DNA of 64,000 bases from assembly GCA_964016885.1 (NCBI GenBank), contig OZ024746.1:4836001-4900000 (forward strand). The letters are read 5' to 3'. The notes under the pieces were generated by a model. It was given only the letters and a program-made list of their open reading frames with translations, was not told the DNA's origin and did no database searches. This stretch comes from Eledone cirrhosa (Eukaryota). Position numbers and translations under genes: made by a program. Positions 39,111 to 53,090 of the stretch are shown here, in pieces (positions within the stretch are counted from its first letter, which is position 1; each line of letters starts with the position of its first letter).

Positions 39111-41404
39111 CATCTTAAGAAAAACCTTGTGATCCAGATAATGATAGAACACATGGAATAACTAATTGAATATAAGTATTGGATAGAAAGCTGTATTCTA
39201 TATTGCTTTAGTTAATATGTTCTGTATGTGCAAGTCATGGTCACTAGACCTAGCATTGCCCACAACAGGGCAAATCGTCTAACCCATGCTAGCGTGGAAA
39301 AATTGATGTAATATATTGATATCAGTAATAGGCATGATGAGATGATCTGGGGAATCTATCTGAGATAGGTTAGTATCCTATCTAGAAGTAGGTATATGAT
39401 AATGACTGGCTTTTTTTGTGAAGGAAAGAAAGTATTATGATAAAAGAGATCACCTTGAAAATCATAGAAGCGAGTCATGGACATTGATAAGGTCAAACAG
39501 GTCACAATCCGTTTACAGTCAGTATTTTTCATTATGCATGAAAAAAAGTCATTTTTTGAGAGGTAGTATTAAATGTTGGTACCAAGTTAATATAGGTAAC
39601 TATATTCAAATAAGTGCAGAGATAGCTATGTGGTTAAATGGTTTTCTATGGAATTATGTGGGTTCGGGTTTGATCCAGTTACATGGCACCTTGTCTTCTA
39701 TAGTTTCAGATTGAATAAAGCTGTGTGAGTGACATTTGTTAAACAGAAACCTGTTTATGTCCTTGGATAGTAGTAATAGTAGTAGCCTTAATCCATCACC
39801 CAGTGCCACAATATGGGATCTTACAGTCTTTAACCCTTTCATGGCAGTATTTCTAATGAAATACACTCTATTTTAATTAATAAAGAATTTCGAGGTATTT
39901 ACTAAAATTATTAATTATTTTGTTACTAAGATAGTAACTTAATATAAGGTTCTTATATAAAATTATGTTGGAAGATTTAAATTTAAATTGGAAACCTTAA
40001 AATCGATTACTTTATTTCATAGAACCAGAGCTGGGTTGGGAGCTAAAGAGTTATCAGAGAGAAAAATAGACTCTGTTGCAATTATTTGGGTTAAGTCTCT
40101 GGTGAGGGGATAATTTGCTTCCTTTTCCCTCACCAGTCTTAGAGGCCTTGAAAGGGTCAGATCGACTGCACTTAGAAATAAGCCATAAATATATTAACAT
40201 AATTAAGTTAAAATTGGAATTTTAACTTGTTTCAAAGTGTGTTAATCAGGGCCAGCAAGAAAAAAAAGCTATCCAGTTTTTAAAAATAGTTGTTCCAAAA
40301 CAAGGGAATTTATGGCATATAATAGTTTACATTTCATTACTGAAAGGTTTATGGCCCCAAATCAATCCTTATATGGAGGTCATTGGAAGAAAGAACTCTA
40401 ATGTAGTTGGGTGATATATTTTGAGACTCTTTTATTGATTTATATATAGAGAAACGTCCCTGATCACTATCATATGTTACACTAAAAGATATGAAACATG
40501 CACTATCATCATCACTGTTTTACATCCATTTTTTCCACACTAGCATGGGTTAGACAAGTTGCCCCGTTGTGAGACAAATCAAGTCAGATGACTATGCCTT
40601 GCTCATACAGAACTGGTTTTGGCTTGGTTTCTATGGCCGGATGCCCTTCCTAACACCAACCACATTTACTGTGTGTACTGGGTGCTTTTAGTCGTGACAC
40701 CTACACAACCATTTTACAGTGTGGGCTGGGTGATTTTTGTTGTGTCGCCATCACGACCATTTTACTGTGTGGGCTGTGGACTATATTATCTTTATCACCA
40801 TTTAAAATCTATAAATTTGATGTTATTTTTTATTATCAACCCCCTCCATGGGAGTAGATAATGTTAGCCAGAGTGGACATAAAATTAGATTTGCTATTAC
40901 TGTTTCATCCTATATGATTGTAAAGTTCTGAGTTCAAATTTTAGTTCAGTTGTTATATTTGTCTCTGCTCCAGTTTATCTCATTGACAACAAACAGGTTC
41001 CACTCATACTTTTACAGTTCAGTGACTGTAATAAACAGCTAGGAACGGCTTCTGGCTGCAACAATAATTGATCCCCATCTGACAAAAATGTATCCAATTA
41101 TATAAATATGGATAATTAAATGGGAAATAGGAAAAACAATAAAACCAGTCATTTATACATAATCCATTTACAAAATTCACAAGTTTGTATAGTATTATGA
41201 CTTATATCTTATTTTGACTACTTTTTGAGAGATTTTCATCATTGACTTCCCACATAGGATTGATATGCTGATTTCTATTGATTAGATACAGAACCAGCTT
41301 TCATAGAGGTGAATATTTGTATGTAAGGTAAACAGAAATAACAGAATAAACGACATACTACATGGAAGAAATATATTAGTTTAACACTTGAAATAGCAGG
41401 AAGA

Positions 41405-41450
41405 AAGTCTTAACGTTTCGGACACTAGTCTTTCATCAAAAGATAGACTT
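41405..41450 (-). ncRNA. Degenerate Penelope-type minimal hammerhead remnant
   Basis: Minus strand reads UCUU UUGAUGA A AGAC UAGU GUCC GAAAC GUU/AAGA: C3 changed to U, one stem II mismatch, palindromic AACGUU stem III. Confidence 0.55.
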
Positions 41451-43019
41451 AGAAATAGAAGATAAAACAGAAAATAAAGAATGATAAAAGGAAGGAACGG
41501 AGAAAATGTGAAAAAAAAATTGGGGAGAAAAAAAACATACGTGCGTATTCTTCATCTTGGAGAAGAATATTTGATTGTGCTAATTAAACTACTACTGTTA
41601 CTTACAATTGAGTAAGACTTGGTTGTATGTACCACACTTTCACTAAAGGTGCCCCTGCACTTGTGAACAGTCACAGGCTCCTTCTCTCACTTGGTCCAAT
41701 AGAACATCAAGAATATGACAGCTAGAAGAAGGAAAAGGGGCTGCACTAGGGTCTTTCTTTATCAACCCCAAAAGAGAACTTTAGCAGAGAGCCAGAACAA
41801 ATATGTAATACCCTAATGACTCTGCCAAATCAACTCCCTTAGTTTTGCTAATACTAGTATATATATTTATAGTGATAACTCTATTGACCCTTGATGGATG
41901 AAAAGCTAAGTTAAGATGAACAAAAATGAAGCATTAAACTCAGGTAACTCCCAATGATGGATATTGTCTCTTTTGATACCAATCCAGCCAAAACCACCTC
42001 TTATTCTATGGAACCATTCATTTAGAAGGTTCTTATTAAAATTATAATCTTCTAACATAATTTTATATAAAAACCTTATTATTATGCTACAAATACCATA
42101 CCGCTTTTCTAATGAAATAGACTTTATTTTAATTAATTAATGAAGAATTTCGAGGTTTTTACTAAAATTATTAATATTTCATTACTGAGATAGTAATATC
42201 AGGTTCTTATATGAAATTATGTTGGAAGATTTTTATTTAAATCGCAAACCTTTAAAATTAGTGATTTTATTTCATAGAACCAGAGCCAGTTTTTGTCTGG
42301 GTTGGTTACTAAAGGGTTAATAACTGCTAAATCTCCTTCATATAACACCTTTAAAGAATGTTCACATTAGATAATGTAGTCCTAGATACTTGTAAAATGT
42401 GGTGTGGTCACGGGTGGAATGCTTTTCATCATACGTCAGCTTGATCAGTATTTACATTCAGCTAAATAGCACCATCATAAATAAAGTATACTTGTGGTTG
42501 AAATATCAAGGGAAATAATTGTTTCTACTTTAGGCACAAGGCCAGCAAATACCCAGTTAATTACTGGTACTTTATTTTATCGACCCCGTAAGGATGAAAG
42601 GCAAAGTCAACCTCGGCGGGATTTGAACTCAGATCGTAAAGGGACGTAACTATGCTGGAAAGCATGGCGTCCGACCCTCTACCGATACTGCCAATCCCCC
42701 CCCCCCCCGTTGGGAATATCAAGGGAAATAATTCTGGAAGATTTATTTTTCTCTTTGAGTCGCTTCCCTTATCATTGCGCGTATGTGTGTGTGTGAAGCT
42801 GCAAGTCTCAGTGGTTAGGGTATTCGACTCACAATTGTAAGGTCAAGGTTGTGAATTCATTTCCTGGCGATGAGTTGTGTTCTTTAGCAAAATATTTTAC
42901 TTCAGATTCTTCAAGTTTACTCAGTTAGCAACAGTTAGTTGTACCTGTCATTCAAAGGGTTAGCTATGTCACACACTGTCACAATGCATGTATCAGAGGA
43001 TTCCGTTATTTGAATAACT

Positions 43020-43330
43020 GGAACACTCATTGTTGGAACCGACAGATTTCCACCACACAGCTTCAGTATTCGGCCATCAGAAGAAGGGACGTTAGTGTAA
43101 AAGTCAAAATTGCTATCTTCAATTCGATATTCATGCCAACGCTTACCTATGGTCTTGAATACAAGCAGCCGAAATGGGAATCCTCTGAATGGTCTTTGGA
43201 GTAACATTATTTAATAGAGTGCCTAGCTTGGAGATCAAAGAGTCGCTCCAAGTAGAGCCGCGACTTCTCCAAATTGAGATATCACAACTCCGATACTATG
43301 GATATGTGGTTAGAATATCTCACAAAAGAA
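43020..43330 (+). mobile_element. Degenerate RTE LINE fragment
   Basis: VKIAIFNSIFMPTLTYGLE ... QLRYYGYVVRI RTE C-terminal motifs across frameshifts. Confidence 0.8.
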
Positions 43331-43719
43331 ATGGACAGCTGACTTCTTTACTCTGCAACATACAAACAGCACAATTCATGATGTAGCTAAACGCTCATAC
43401 TCCTAGCCAGTAGGGCTGACTAGGAGGGCTGGCTACCAACATCAACACCACAGGTTAGTTAATTCACTATTTTGAGATTCTACATTCACACACACACAAC
43501 ACACTACAATTATATGTGTACCTTTTTCTATTGTTCATTGTTACTACACATGATTTCAAAGTAAAACATGCAACCAATAAAAACATAAAAGTTTTGTTCA
43601 TTTGTAAAGCGATACCCATGTGATTGAGGAAAACTATTTTTCCCACAGCAATATCACATCACCACATGTGACTACAATTATTAGTTTCCTCAACCATGGC
43701 AACTCCTCTCTCGACTCGC

Positions 43720-45386
43720 TGAGACACACTTTACCCACTTGCTATAGAGTCAACCAACAAACCACCACTCATTCTGAGACACACTTTACCCACTTGCTAT
43801 AGACTCAACCAACAAACCACCACTCATTCTGAGACACACTTTACCCACTTGCTATAAACTCAACCAACAAACCACCACTCATTCTGAGACACACTTTACC
43901 CACTTGCTATAGAGTCAACCAACAAACCACCACTCATTCTGAGACACACTTTACCTACTTGCTATAGACTCAACCAACAAACCACCACTCATTCTGAGAC
44001 ACTTTACCCACTTGCTATAGAGTCAACCAACAAACCACCACTCATTCTGAGACACTTTACCCACTTGCTATAGAGTCAACCAACAAACCACCACTCATTC
44101 TGAGACGCACTTTACCCACTTGCTATAGACTCAACCAACAAACCACCACTCATTCTGAGACACTTTACCCACTTGCTATAGACTCAACCAACAAACCACC
44201 ACTCATTCTGAGACACTTTACCCACTTGCTATAGAGTCAACCAACAAACCACCACTCATTCTGAGACACTTTACCCACTTGCTATAGAGTCAACCAACAA
44301 ACCACCACTCATTCTGAGACACACTTTACCCACTTGCTATAGAGTCAACCAACAAACCACCACTCATTCTGAGACACACTTTACCCACTTGCTATAGACT
44401 CAACCAACAAACCACCACTCATTCTGAGACACTTTACCTACTTGCTATAGACTCAACCAACAAACCACCACTCATTCTGAGACACTTTACCCACTTGCTA
44501 TAGAGTCAACCAACAAACCACCACTCATTCTGAGACACACTTTACCTACTTGCTATAGACTCAACCAACAAACCACCACTCATTCTGAGACACTTTACCC
44601 ACTTGCTATAGAGTCAACCAACAAACCACCACTCATTCTGAGACACACTTTACCCACTTGCTATAGACTCAACCAACAAACCACCACTCATTCTGAGACA
44701 CTTTACCTACTTGCTATAGAGTCAACCAACAAACCACCACTCATTCTGAGACACTTTACCTACTTGCTATAGACTCAACCAACAAACCACCACTCATTCT
44801 GAGACACTTTACCCACTTGCTATAGACTCAACCAACAAACCACCACTCATTCTGAGACACTTTACCTACTTGCTATAGAGTCAACCAACAAACCACCACT
44901 CATTCTGAGACACTTTACCTACTTGCTATAGACTCAACCAACAAACCACCACTCATTCTGAGACACTTTACCTACTTGCTATAGAGTCAACCAACAAACC
45001 ACCACTCATTCTGAGACACTTTACCTACTTGCTATAGACTCAACCAACAAACCACCACTCATTCTGAGACACTTTACCTACTTGCTATAGACTCAACCAA
45101 CAAACCACCACTCATTCTGAGACACTTTACCTACTTGCTATAGACTCAACCAACAAACCACCACTCATTCTGAGACACTTTACCTACTTGCTATAGAGTC
45201 AACCAACAAACCACCACTCATTCTGAGACACACTTTACCCACTTGCTATAGAGTCAACCAACAAACCACCACTCATTCTGAGACACTTTACCCACTTGCT
45301 ATAGACTCAACCAACAAACCACCACTCATTCTGAGACACACTTTACCCACTTGCTATAGACTCAACCAACAAACCACCACTCATTC
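43720..45386. repeat. 53/55-bp minisatellite, ~31 copies
   Basis: Unit GAGAC(AC)ACTTTACC(C/T)ACTTGCTATAGA(G/C)TCAACCAACAAACCACCACTCATTCT. Confidence 0.97.
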
Positions 45387-46984
45387 AATTTCATCTCACA
45401 ACTCCTCCCACACCAAATGAAACACAAACAATCTTCTTTACACTACCAAATATTTACGTTCATTTTTATTATTGTGATTTGGTAATAATGGTTTCTACGT
45501 TTGGCACAAGGCCAGCAATTTTAAGGGAGGCGGGAGGGGGGAAAGTTGATTAAATTGGCCCCAGTGTGTTACTGGTATTTTATTTTATCGACCCCCCATA
45601 AGCTTGAAAGGTAATGCTGACCTCGGCTGGATTTTAATTTAGAACGCAGAAAGTCGTAACTAAATCCTGCTAAACATATTGTCCAATGCTCTACCGATTC
45701 TGCCAGTCCATCGTTAGTAATAATTCTTAAAAACTACATCCAATCATGTCAAATGTTAACTTAAAAGATATCTATCCACTTCTGGCAATTATTTTTATCA
45801 ATATTTTTTAACAATTTTAATGTTTCGCTTTTGGTTATTTTTCTTTATATCTGCTCGACCAGAGTTTCCTTTGAACAAATCAACTACTCTCGGGTTCCAA
45901 ATAATAGGGTGCGGCGGATTATTTGGCCCCCGAGAGTACCACCAGCTAAACAGAGTTTTGTCAATTTAAACTTTATAAGTTGCTTCTTCCAAGGGGAACA
46001 ATTATCGAAAGTTTTCTTTTGATTTCTTCTGATTTACTTCCCTTGGTACTGCCTAATTTCATTTTTCATCATGTTAAATTTCTTTGCTAGAGACAGGTGC
46101 CATACACTATTACTGCCTTGTCTTCTATATATATCATCGTCATCGTCTTTTTAAATCCGCTTTCCTTGCTTGCAGAAGGTGAACGAACTATCACTGTTCG
46201 AGACTAGACAAACCAGGGGAGGAGAGGCACATCTTGCTCATACATTCCAGTGTTTTATTATGACACCAACACTAGAGGTTGCTGTGCCTTTGATGCAATT
46301 GTAGAGTCCTCTCAAACCCTTTTTAGAAAGATAGAATGTCTGGCTCCTCAGATTGTTGTAAAAATGGGAGGAGAAACATCATAAGATTGTAGGCAGGGTG
46401 TGGGGATTGGATATAGGCAGGATTAAGAGTAACCCTTTTTATGTGGGTAGCATCAAGCAAAGGAGGATATAAGATTAGTAGGACTATTGTCAGAGGGTAG
46501 TGGGACAGACTACAAGCTACCCCTAGATAGTGGACAATGGGGTACAGAGAATCTGAAAGAAAGTGATCAGATGAGAAGTAAGGTCTAGTAGATATGGTTT
46601 AGAGGGTAGGTGGTTGATTAATGGGAGAGAGAGAGCTAACAGGGGTGCATAGGTTGCCCCAGTGGCCAGGTCTTTTTCAGCATCACAAGCTGCCAATCAT
46701 TGCAGTTCTTTATCTGTCATGAAATCAGTTTTCACCACTTTATCACATACTTTCCTTGGTTTATCTCTTCCATGTGTGCCATCAACTTTAAAAGCTCAGG
46801 ATTTCTTTATATAACTGACATCTTCCATATGTATTGCATGTCTAAACCAGTGCAACCTTCACTCTTATACCTATCTTTCTTTCCTCTCAATCCATCCATG
46901 CTCCTTCATTCATGCACATAAATTCATTTTTTTGTGTATGTGCCCCCACCCCCAACCCCAAGGTGTAAATCCGACCTTGGTGAT

Positions 46985-47208
46985 TCCTTCAAGCCTAGCA
47001 GTTTTATTGCATTTAGAGTTAATATACCGAAACAATCTCACTGTTTTCATTAGATCGACACTAATATACTTTTTTTACTTCACTTGTTAATGAAATCAGA
47101 GTATATTGTGTGTATATGTATAAGTGTTACATATAAACACAATGTAAACAATGTCAAGGATTTGATATCTCAAATCTAAATCCAATAAAACTGCTAAGCT
47201 TGAAGGAA
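46985..47208. mobile_element. MITE-like element with ~34-bp TIRs
   Basis: TTCCTTCAAGCCTAGCAGTTTTATTGCATTTAGA ... TCTAAATCCAATAAAACTGCTAAGCTTGAAGGAA. Confidence 0.7.
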
Positions 47209-48439
47209 GCATTGTCATGTTGAGGGATTTACTAAAATTATTAATTATTTCATTACTAAGATAGTAACTTAATTTAAGTCTCTTATATAAAATTATGTTG
47301 GAAGATTTTAATTTGAATTGGAAACCTTTAAATGAGTGGTTTTATTTCTTAGAACTAGAACTGGTTTTGTTTGGGTTGGTAGCTAAACGGTTATTAAACG
47401 TACTTCATCAAGAATGAGGTGTGTAAATAACAAATATACCAAGTTATTTTCATCTGAATACATTTCATAAAGGATTTAAGCAGTATAACGCTTTTTAACC
47501 CTTTAGCATTTAAACCGGCCATATCCAGCCAGAATTCTCTCACCTCTTTCAGTTCAAACCAGTCGTAACTGGCCCTTCTTACCAATGTTAAGGTATTCTT
47601 CTCAAAATAAATATCATCATCAAAATCTCCTAGATTCGATATTATGTAAGATAATTATTTAAAATAAAGCCTTTACCACAAAAATACAATAGTATATATA
47701 GAGTATTGTAAATGCTAAAGGGTTAATGTACATATTTTGAAAGTATTCCAGTAATCAGTTCAATAATTTATCACCTAGTTTTGCAGTTCGTAGAAATTTT
47801 TAATGGGGTTTCCCTATCATTAACTGCCTATTTGTCAAAATGAGAGAGAAGGCTATTTTTGTATTTCTGATATAAGAAATTCCAAATCTCTAGGTAGACA
47901 GTCAACAGAAGTATGAAACACTGCTGAGTGAACTGAGTGACATACATATGTGTGTCTATGTAAATATATATGCGTGTGTGTACAGATGAGAAGACTGAGC
48001 TGGTTTCGACATGTTGGTGCACATGGGTGTGATGATTGCTAAGAAATTCCAGTGGCATGGAGCCGCACTAGAGGAAGACCAAGGAAAAGGCAATGGCCGA
48101 TACAGCATGGCATCAGGGTAAACTGGAGTAGCATGAATTAAAGTGTCTTGTTCAAGAACACAATACATCACCCTATTCAGGAATTGAACTCACAGCCTCA
48201 TGATCGTGAATCCACCACTCTAACTACCATATATATGTAACTACATTTACAGGTGGTACACCATTTGAAGCACTCTATGCTATTACGAGGTCTCATGTGG
48301 GTTGTATTCCAGAGTTAAGGTAGCGGTAGTATGTTGAGTGTAGAGTAATATGCCAATAAGGTTTGTATATATGCTGCAACACTGACTTTGATTCTACTTA
48401 ATCTCTCTCTCTATATATATATATAGAGAGAGAGAAGGC

Positions 48440-50036
48440 ATGTGAATGTGTGCTGCGTGCAAGAGGTGAAATGGAGAGGTGCCTCTGCGAGACTAATCGC
48501 AGGCAAACATCTTAGTTATAAGCTTTTCTGGGTAGGTAAGGATGATGGGTTAGGGGAGGAGTAGGCATTTTCCTGGCTGAGAGATGGATCAATAAGACAA
48601 TAGAGGTAGTTTGAGTTAATAATCGAATAATTAAGCTTAGATTAGTTGTAGGCAGGAGACTACTGACAATCATCTCTGCCTATGCACCCCAAGCAGGCTT
48701 AGGCAAAGAAGAGAAAGACTGCTTTTACGAGCAACTTTTACAAACAGCCGCAATGACAGAGGGTGGAGACATCGTTATGCTAGCAGGGGACTTCAATGGT
48801 CATGTTGGTTAGTTCCAGGATGGTTACACTGGGGTACGTGGTGGGCACGGTTACGGCTCAAGATATGAAGAATGGGTGAGACTTCTTGAATTTTGTGATG
48901 CAGGTACATTGACTATTTGCAACACTAACTTCCAGAAACCTGCCAACCACCTAATAACCTACAAATCAGGCGAGCACATAAGCCAGATTGACTTCTTACT
49001 AGTTAGGCAGCGGGACAGGCAGATGGTGTCAAATACCAAGGCATACCCTGGGGAAGAATGTACCCCACAGCATAGGTTAGTCGTTAGTGATATCTCAGTA
49101 AGCAAGAGATGGAATGAGACATACAGGAAGGTGTGAAGAAGAAAGGTCTGGAAGCTAAAAGACCTTTCACTGAAATACAAATTTAGGAAAGCCCTTCAAG
49201 ATGTGTATGACGAAAAAGAAGACGATTTAGAGTCGTATGACATAGATGATAACTGGAATTTCTTACGTGACAACTTACTGCAGGCTACTGATGAAACTTG
49301 TGGCTGAAGCAGAGCTCCAACCAGACAGAGAGTGACCTGGTGGTGGAACAGCACAGTAGATAAGGCCATTAGAGACAAAAGACTAGCATGGAAGGCTTGG
49401 AAAAAGGGTGGGAGCAGGGAAGAATATATAGCCACTAAGAGAGAAGCTAGACGTCTGGTGTACTTAGCACGCAGGGAGGCAGAGAGTAGGAGGTTTGCCA
49501 ATGTTCTGCGACGGGAAGATCAGAGGCGTGCGGTGTTCCACATTGGAGATAAATGTGTCCAGAATGATGCCGGTGTACTTAGTGTCACGAATGATCAAAA
49601 AAAGGAGGCCTGGAAATGTCATTATGAGAGACTGATGAATGTGGAGAACGAATGGGAGAGAGAGAAATTACCCTTAGTAGATCCGACAGAGACACCAGCT
49701 ATTGAGATTGACGAATATAGGGTCCAAGAGGCGATTAAGGAAATGAAAAATGGTAAGGCCGCTGGACCGTTGGGGATAGTTACTGAGATGCTGAAGGCAT
49801 CAGGGGATGTAGGCACTAAACTGGTTGCACGCATCATCAATCAGGCTATATATGGCAGTGTCATACCCAACGACTGGCGCAGCAGTATTCTCATAAATTG
49901 CTACAAAGGTAAAGGGGATGATCTGGAGAGGAGCAATTATAGGGGTATAAAACTGATGGATCAGGTTATGAAAGTGGCAGAAAGGATATTAGCACAACTA
50001 ATTAGAGAAAGGATCAAACTAGATGAGATGCAGTTT
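48440..50036 (+). mobile_element. RTE LINE fragment: AP endonuclease to start of RT (stop codons)
   Basis: ISAYAPQ, AGDFNGHVG and SQIDFLL endonuclease motifs; TWWWN, MKNGKAAG..G and NYRGIKL motifs; truncated at DEMQF, where it fuses to the 59-bp array. Confidence 0.95.
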
Positions 50037-51140
50037 AAAACCTCCATGGAACAAACTACCTGCATCAGTTGTTAGCTGTTGAAACACTGCATCCTTTAAA
50101 ACCTCCATGGAACAAACTACCTGCATCAGTTGTTAGCTGTCGAGACACTGCATCCTTTAAAACCTCCATGGAACAAACTACCTGCATCAGTTGTTAGCTG
50201 TCGAGACACTGCATCCTTTAAAACCTCCATGGAACAAACTACCTGCATCAGTTGTTAGCTGTCGAGACACTGCATCCTTTAAAACCTCCATGGAACAAAC
50301 TACCTGCATCAGTTGTTAGCTGTCGAGACACTGCATCCTTTAAAACCTCCATGGAACAAACTACCTGCATCAGTTGTTAGCTGTCGAGACACTGCATCCT
50401 TTAAAACCTCCATGGAACAAACTACCTGCATCAGTTGTTAGCTGTCGAGACACTGCATCCTTTAAAACCTCCATGGAACAAACTACCTGCATCAGTTGTT
50501 AGCTGTCGAGACACTGCATCCTTTAAAACCTCCATGGAACAAACTACCTGCATCAGTTGTTAGCTGTCGAGACACTGCATCCTTTAAAACCTCCATGGAA
50601 CAAACTACCTGCATCAGTTGTTAGCTGTCGAGACACTGCATCCTTTAAAACCTCCATGGAACAAACTACCTGCATCAGTTGTTAGCTGTCGAGACACTGC
50701 ATCCTTTAAAACCTCCATGGAACAAACTACCTGCATCAGTTGTTAGCTGTCGAGACACTGCATCCTTTAAAACCTCCATGGAACAAACTACCTGCATCAG
50801 TTGTTAGCTGTCGAGACACTGCATCCTTTAAAACCTCCATGGAACAAACTACCTGCATCAGTTGTTAGCTGTTGAAACACTGCATCCTTTAAAACCTCCA
50901 TGGAACAAACTACCTGCATCAGTTGTTAGCTGTTGAAACACTGCATCCTTTAAAACCTCCATGGAACAAACTACCTGCATCAGTTGTTAGCTGTTGAAAC
51001 ACTGCATCCTTTAAAACCTCCATGCTTCCTGAAATTCGCCAAAACTACACCTAATATCCCCCCTCCACACTCACGCACACATGTATTTCATGACTCATAC
51101 ACTTCATTTTTCTGAAATTTGTACATTATTCTATGTACTA
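50034..51140 (+). repeat. 59-bp tandem array (~17 copies) derived from the CR1-type LINE C-terminus, plus LINE 3'UTR
   Basis: Unit GGAACAAACTACCTGCATCAGTTGTTAGCTGTCGAGACACTGCATCCTTTAAAACCTCCAT (WNKLPASVVSCRDTASFKTS), running into CATGCTTCCTGAAATTCGCCAAAACTACACC. Confidence 0.95.
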
Positions 51141-51599
51141 TATATATATAAAAAGATCAACTGATGTTTGTCAAATAATCTTAACTATAATAAAGAAAAG
51201 AGTGCGGGATTGTACTATATAATTCAGCTGGGTGTGACATAAGCAATGATATAAATATTTTGGGGTGTTTTCTTTTCAATTCATTATATATTTACCGTCT
51301 AAACCCATGCTAGCGTGGAAGATAGACATTAAATGATGATGAAATAAAATAAACCTGAAATAAAATAAATTCTATTCATGTCTCTCTTTCAACTAGCTGC
51401 CTGTCACATTGTATTCAAGGTGGTGTAGCTGTGACATAAATCTGTCATGCTGTAGACAGGAGATGGTAAGATTATTAGAAAGAGAGGGCACACTGTATGA
51501 GTAATATTGTTTATCTTCAAATTACAAGTAAAATATTCCATTTTGGTATTTTCAGTCACTTGTTCAATTTATTTGATTTATTTTGTGGAACTGTATATA

Positions 51600-51961
51600 T
51601 ACTCTCGGATCTCAAATAACCGCCCCCACGCTTATTAATTTTTCTGATTTTTTCCAACCCACCTGCTTATTGAATTTTGCTAATCTATCTCTGGTGAAAT
51701 TTTGTTTTAAGTGGTAGCATTCCTGCAATAATTTTCTTTATACATTAAAAAGCATTATACATGACCAAAAGTACATTACAATAAATCCCTTGTTATAAAA
51801 TAAATAGGATGGGTTGGGGTCTCAATATGTAAACTAAATGACTAATTTTCGTTTTTTAAAATATCAATGGAGACAACCTAGAAAAATTACCGATCACCCC
51901 ACACACACACACCTTGCTTATTCCAACCCCACCCCCATTGTTATTTTGGATCTGAGAGTAT
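51600..51961. mobile_element. TA-flanked MITE with TACTCTC.G..TC TIRs
   Basis: TACTCTCGGATCTCAAATAAC ... GTTATTTTGGATCTGAGAGTA. Related copies at ~8915-9045, 22240-22362, 33413-33690, 62860-62960 and a ~55-bp TIR-only hairpin at ~45885-45939. Confidence 0.75.
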
Positions 51962-52091
51962 GTGATTAAGTATTGTATATATTATAAAATAAAACATTTA
52001 AGATGTATTAAATATTTAATGGTTGTTTATAATTTCCACATGGACAACCAGTAAAATTAAACAAAACGTTATTACTGCCAGTTATATATAT

Positions 52092-53090
52092 AATAATAAT
52101 AATGAAATTATTGTGTACAGTGCTCAGGTGCACTACAACTCATCAAAGGTGCATGTATAGTACATAGAATAATGTACAAATGTCAGGAAAATGAACAGTG
52201 TATGAGTCATGAAATACATGTGTGCGTGAGTGTGGAGGGGGGATATTAGGTGTAGTTTTGGCGAATTTCAGGAAGCATGGAGGTTTTAAAGGATGCAGTG
52301 TTTCAACAGCTAACAACTGATGCAGGTAGTTTGTTCCATAGAGGTTTTAAAGGATGCAGTGTCTCGACAGCTAACAACTGATGCAGGTAGTTTGTTCCAT
52401 GGCGGTTTTAAAGGATGCAGTATCTCGACAGCTAACAACTGATGCAGGTAGTTTGTTCCATGGAGGTTTTAAAGGATGCAGTATCTCGACAGCTAACAAC
52501 TGATGCAGGTAGTTTGTTCCATGGAGGTTTTAAAGGATGCAGTATCTCGACAGCTAACAACTGATGCAGGTAGTTTGTTCCATGGAGGTTTTAAAGGATG
52601 CAGTATCTCGACAGCTAACAACTGATGCAGGTAGTTTGTTCCATGGAGGTTTTAAAGGATGCAGTATCTCGACAGCTAACAACTGATGCAGGTAGTTTGT
52701 TCCATGGAGGTTTTAAAGGATGCAGTATCTCGACAGCTAACAACTGATGCAGGTAGTTTGTTCCATGGAGGTTTTAAAGGATGCAGTATCTCGACAGCTA
52801 ACAACTGATGCAGGTAGTTTGTTCCATGGAGGTTTTAAAGGATGCAGTATCTCGACAGCTAACAACTGATGCAGGTAGTTTGTTCCATGGCGGTTTTAAA
52901 GGATGCAGTATCTCGACAGCTAACAACTGATGCAGGTAGTTTGTTCCATGCTTCAGCAACTCTGAGCGTGAAAAAATGTTTCCGAAAGTCATGGGAACTG
53001 TGCTGTTTTCTGACTTTGTTGGCATGCCCACGGGTGTTAGACACATGGAAATCGAAAAGGTGCTCAGGGTTGTTGTTGGCAAGATGGTTA
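52092..53090 (-). mobile_element. CR1-type LINE 3' end with internal 59-bp array (~11 copies)
   Basis: SNTRGHANKVRKQHSSHDFRKHFFTLRVAEAWNKLPASVV..SFK C-terminal motif; array at ~52277-52949; full 3'UTR and (ATT)n tail. Confidence 0.92.
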
